This document shows, piece after piece, positions 43,292 to 44,877 of a stretch of 44,877 nt of DNA (the first letter of the stretch is position 1; each line of letters begins with the position of its first letter). This DNA is from a virus. Its lineage: Duplodnaviria; Caudoviricetes. Where the stretch lies: positions 1 to 44,877 of the IMG/VR virus record IMGVR_UViG_3300037478_000562. One strand, written 5' to 3'. Below the pieces are notes generated by a model, which was not told where the DNA came from, ran no database searches, and saw only the letters and a list, made by a program, of their open reading frames with translations. Position numbers and translations under genes: made by a program.

Positions 43292-43692
43292 TCCTGCGGA
43301 AGAAACTGCCCGAGGCTGGCGAAGTGCCCCTCAACCTTGGCGCAGTACTCCGCGAATTCCGCCGTGCTCAGGTCCCGCGTGCTCTTCGGCACCGGCCCGA
43401 GCGCCGTATCCTCCACACCGATGAACGCCGCCTTGAGCACGTGGTGCGCCTGGTCCTTCGATAGCGGCACGTCTCGAGTCACGCTCAACACCTCGGCGGC
43501 GAAGGGGACGATGCAGCCCCAGTACCGGGCGTTCTGCGCCAGGCTCCGGCGCTTCCGCTCCGGCTCTACGGTGACGAGAGCCTGTCGGCCCTTGTACGTC
43601 TGGAGTCGGACGGTAGCGCGCGTGGCGAGGGCGCCGACAGGGACCAACTCACCGTGGTCACCGATGGTCGCCTCGAACTCAACCTTGGGCAT
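43279..43692 (-). CDS. NinB-like recombination protein
   Basis: KRRSLAQNARYWG...HHVLK...KSTRDLSTAEFAEY. Confidence 0.75.
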   Translation of the reverse strand: MPKVEFEATIGDHGELVPVGALATRATVRLQTYKGRQALVTVEPERKRRSLAQNARYWGCIVPFAAEVLSVTRDVPLSKDQAHHVLKAAFIGVEDTALGPVPKSTRDLSTAEFAEYCAKVEGHFASLGQFLPQEWSE

Positions 43693-44333
43693 CAGACGAA
43701 CGCCGCATCCTCGCGCGGCCCGAAGTGCCGCTCCAGGCCGCGGAGATGGATGAACGACACGAGCGCCCGAACGTCGTCCAACACGTCAGCCCGAAGCCCG
43801 TCGTAGGGGAGCTGATCGAACTCCTCGATCTGCGCGAGGTAGATCTCGCCGTCGCGTTTGCTCTCGCGGAGCACGTACACCACGTACCGGCAGGCGTCGG
43901 CCTCGAAGATGTCGAGGTAGAGCCGCCACTGGCGCGAGCCCTCGTAGCGGTCGAGGTCAAAGTGCTCGGTCGTCTTCACCTCGACCACCACGCGCCCGAC
44001 CTGGCCGTCTGTCTTTGCCACCACCGTGACGGGCTCGCCCTCGATCGTGTAGACCTTCGTGGCCTTGGCCTGCCAGATCATGCGGTCGGGGATGTGGGCG
44101 AGGGCGCGCTCCACCGCCGGGCGCGGGAACACGATGCCGTCCGCGACGAAGCCCTCGGGCTGGAGGTAGCGGTCCGGGTCGCGGAGGACGCTCTCGAACG
44201 CCATGCCGCGCTGGATCTGTGGGGTGGGCTCAAACTCCGTGATTCCCTGGACAAACCGCTCCTCCGTCATCCAGTCCGTGGTGCGGTACAGGTGGTAGCT
44301 CTCGACCGTGGTCGCGCTGATCCGGAGGCTCAC
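43692..44333 (-). CDS. PD-(D/E)XK exonuclease (RecB/Cas4-like)
   Basis: ISATTVESY, RGMAFE, AKTDG...VEVKTT, SRQWRLY. Confidence 0.8.
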   Translation of the reverse strand: MSLRISATTVESYHLYRTTDWMTEERFVQGITEFEPTPQIQRGMAFESVLRDPDRYLQPEGFVADGIVFPRPAVERALAHIPDRMIWQAKATKVYTIEGEPVTVVAKTDGQVGRVVVEVKTTEHFDLDRYEGSRQWRLYLDIFEADACRYVVYVLRESKRDGEIYLAQIEEFDQLPYDGLRADVLDDVRALVSFIHLRGLERHFGPREDAAFV

Positions 44334-44877
44334 GCGAACGCCGCCTGCTCCTCCTCGGCCGGGGCCGGGGCCGCGAAGGTCTTGGCCTTCTTGTTGAAGG
44401 TCCAGCCCTTGGCCTTCGCGTGCTCGTTCACCATCGAGGCGACCTGGGCACGCAACGGGTTCTTCAACCCGTTGACCTCAGCCAGCAGCTCGTTGAGCTT
44501 CGCGGCGTTTTCGATCTTCCCGAGCCGCTCCCACCACACCTCTGCCGCCTTCGTTGCCTCGGCGTTCGCTTGGGCGCGGTCGTTCAGGTGCGCCTTGAGC
44601 TGGTCGAGGACGAGGCGGAGAAACAGGGGCTCCTGGGCGAAGTTGGGGACCGGGAACGGCGCCCATGCCGCGGGGTTCTTTCCGATCCAGTGCTCGCTCG
44701 GGCTGAAGTCGAGCGTGCGCTGGCGTCCCGCCATGTAGCAGTAGCCGATCGCGTCCGATGACTTGACGACCTCGCCGTAGCTGCCACCCTGGATGTCGGG
44801 CCGCACGATCTTGGCGTCGCCGTCGTCCTTCTCCTTGTCGTGCGCTATCAAGATCAGGTCGACGCCAAGCGCGCGAG
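44330..44877 (-). CDS. Sak4-like / AAA_24 ATPase, C-terminal part (enters from window end)
   Basis: Frame open to window edge: RALGVDLILIAHDKEK...RPDIQG...SDAIGY...GKNPA. Confidence 0.85.
   Translation of the reverse strand, partial: RALGVDLILIAHDKEKDDGDAKIVRPDIQGGSYGEVVKSSDAIGYCYMAGRQRTLDFSPSEHWIGKNPAAWAPFPVPNFAQEPLFLRLVLDQLKAHLNDRAQANAEATKAAEVWWERLGKIENAAKLNELLAEVNGLKNPLRAQVASMVNEHAKAKGWTFNKKAKTFAAPAPAEEEQAAFA

Noticed and set aside
43692-44333. Cas4 as part of a CRISPR system
   Set aside because: No Fe-S cysteine cluster, no other cas genes or array; context is a phage recombination module.

Overview
The window is an essentially complete, circularly permuted, very GC-rich temperate siphophage genome with no recognisable host DNA. 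Both window ends fall inside the same Sak4/AAA_24-type ATPase gene, and the integrase and putative attP sit directly next to the tail genes. Nearly all genes are on the minus strand. In order of transcription: cro/cII/xis and small early genes (3871->1, continuing 44877->37199: recombination, replication, RuvC, two methylase-like genes); a strong sigma70-type late promoter at ~37.2 kb; a lysis/envelope block (SLT endolysin, lipoprotein, beta-barrel-like protein, PLA2-like protein, membrane proteins); terminase, portal, intein-containing MuF, a protease-scaffold-capsid fusion, neck, tail tube, frameshifted tail chaperone, tape measure and tail-tip genes. cI, a membrane protein and a small cargo gene pair are on the plus strand. 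The two most striking features are antisense-nested elements, both in exact codon register with the gene they sit in. (1) The MuF intein has no recognisable nuclease in its own frame; an HTH + DUF559/Vsr-like endonuclease is encoded on the opposite strand across almost the whole intein. (2) A four-gene plus-strand operon, with its own promoter, duplicated palindromic operator and IHF-consensus site, lies inside one uninterrupted 733-codon minus-strand ORF whose two ends both look like real coding sequence. All family assignments come from motif recognition by eye; no database search was run.
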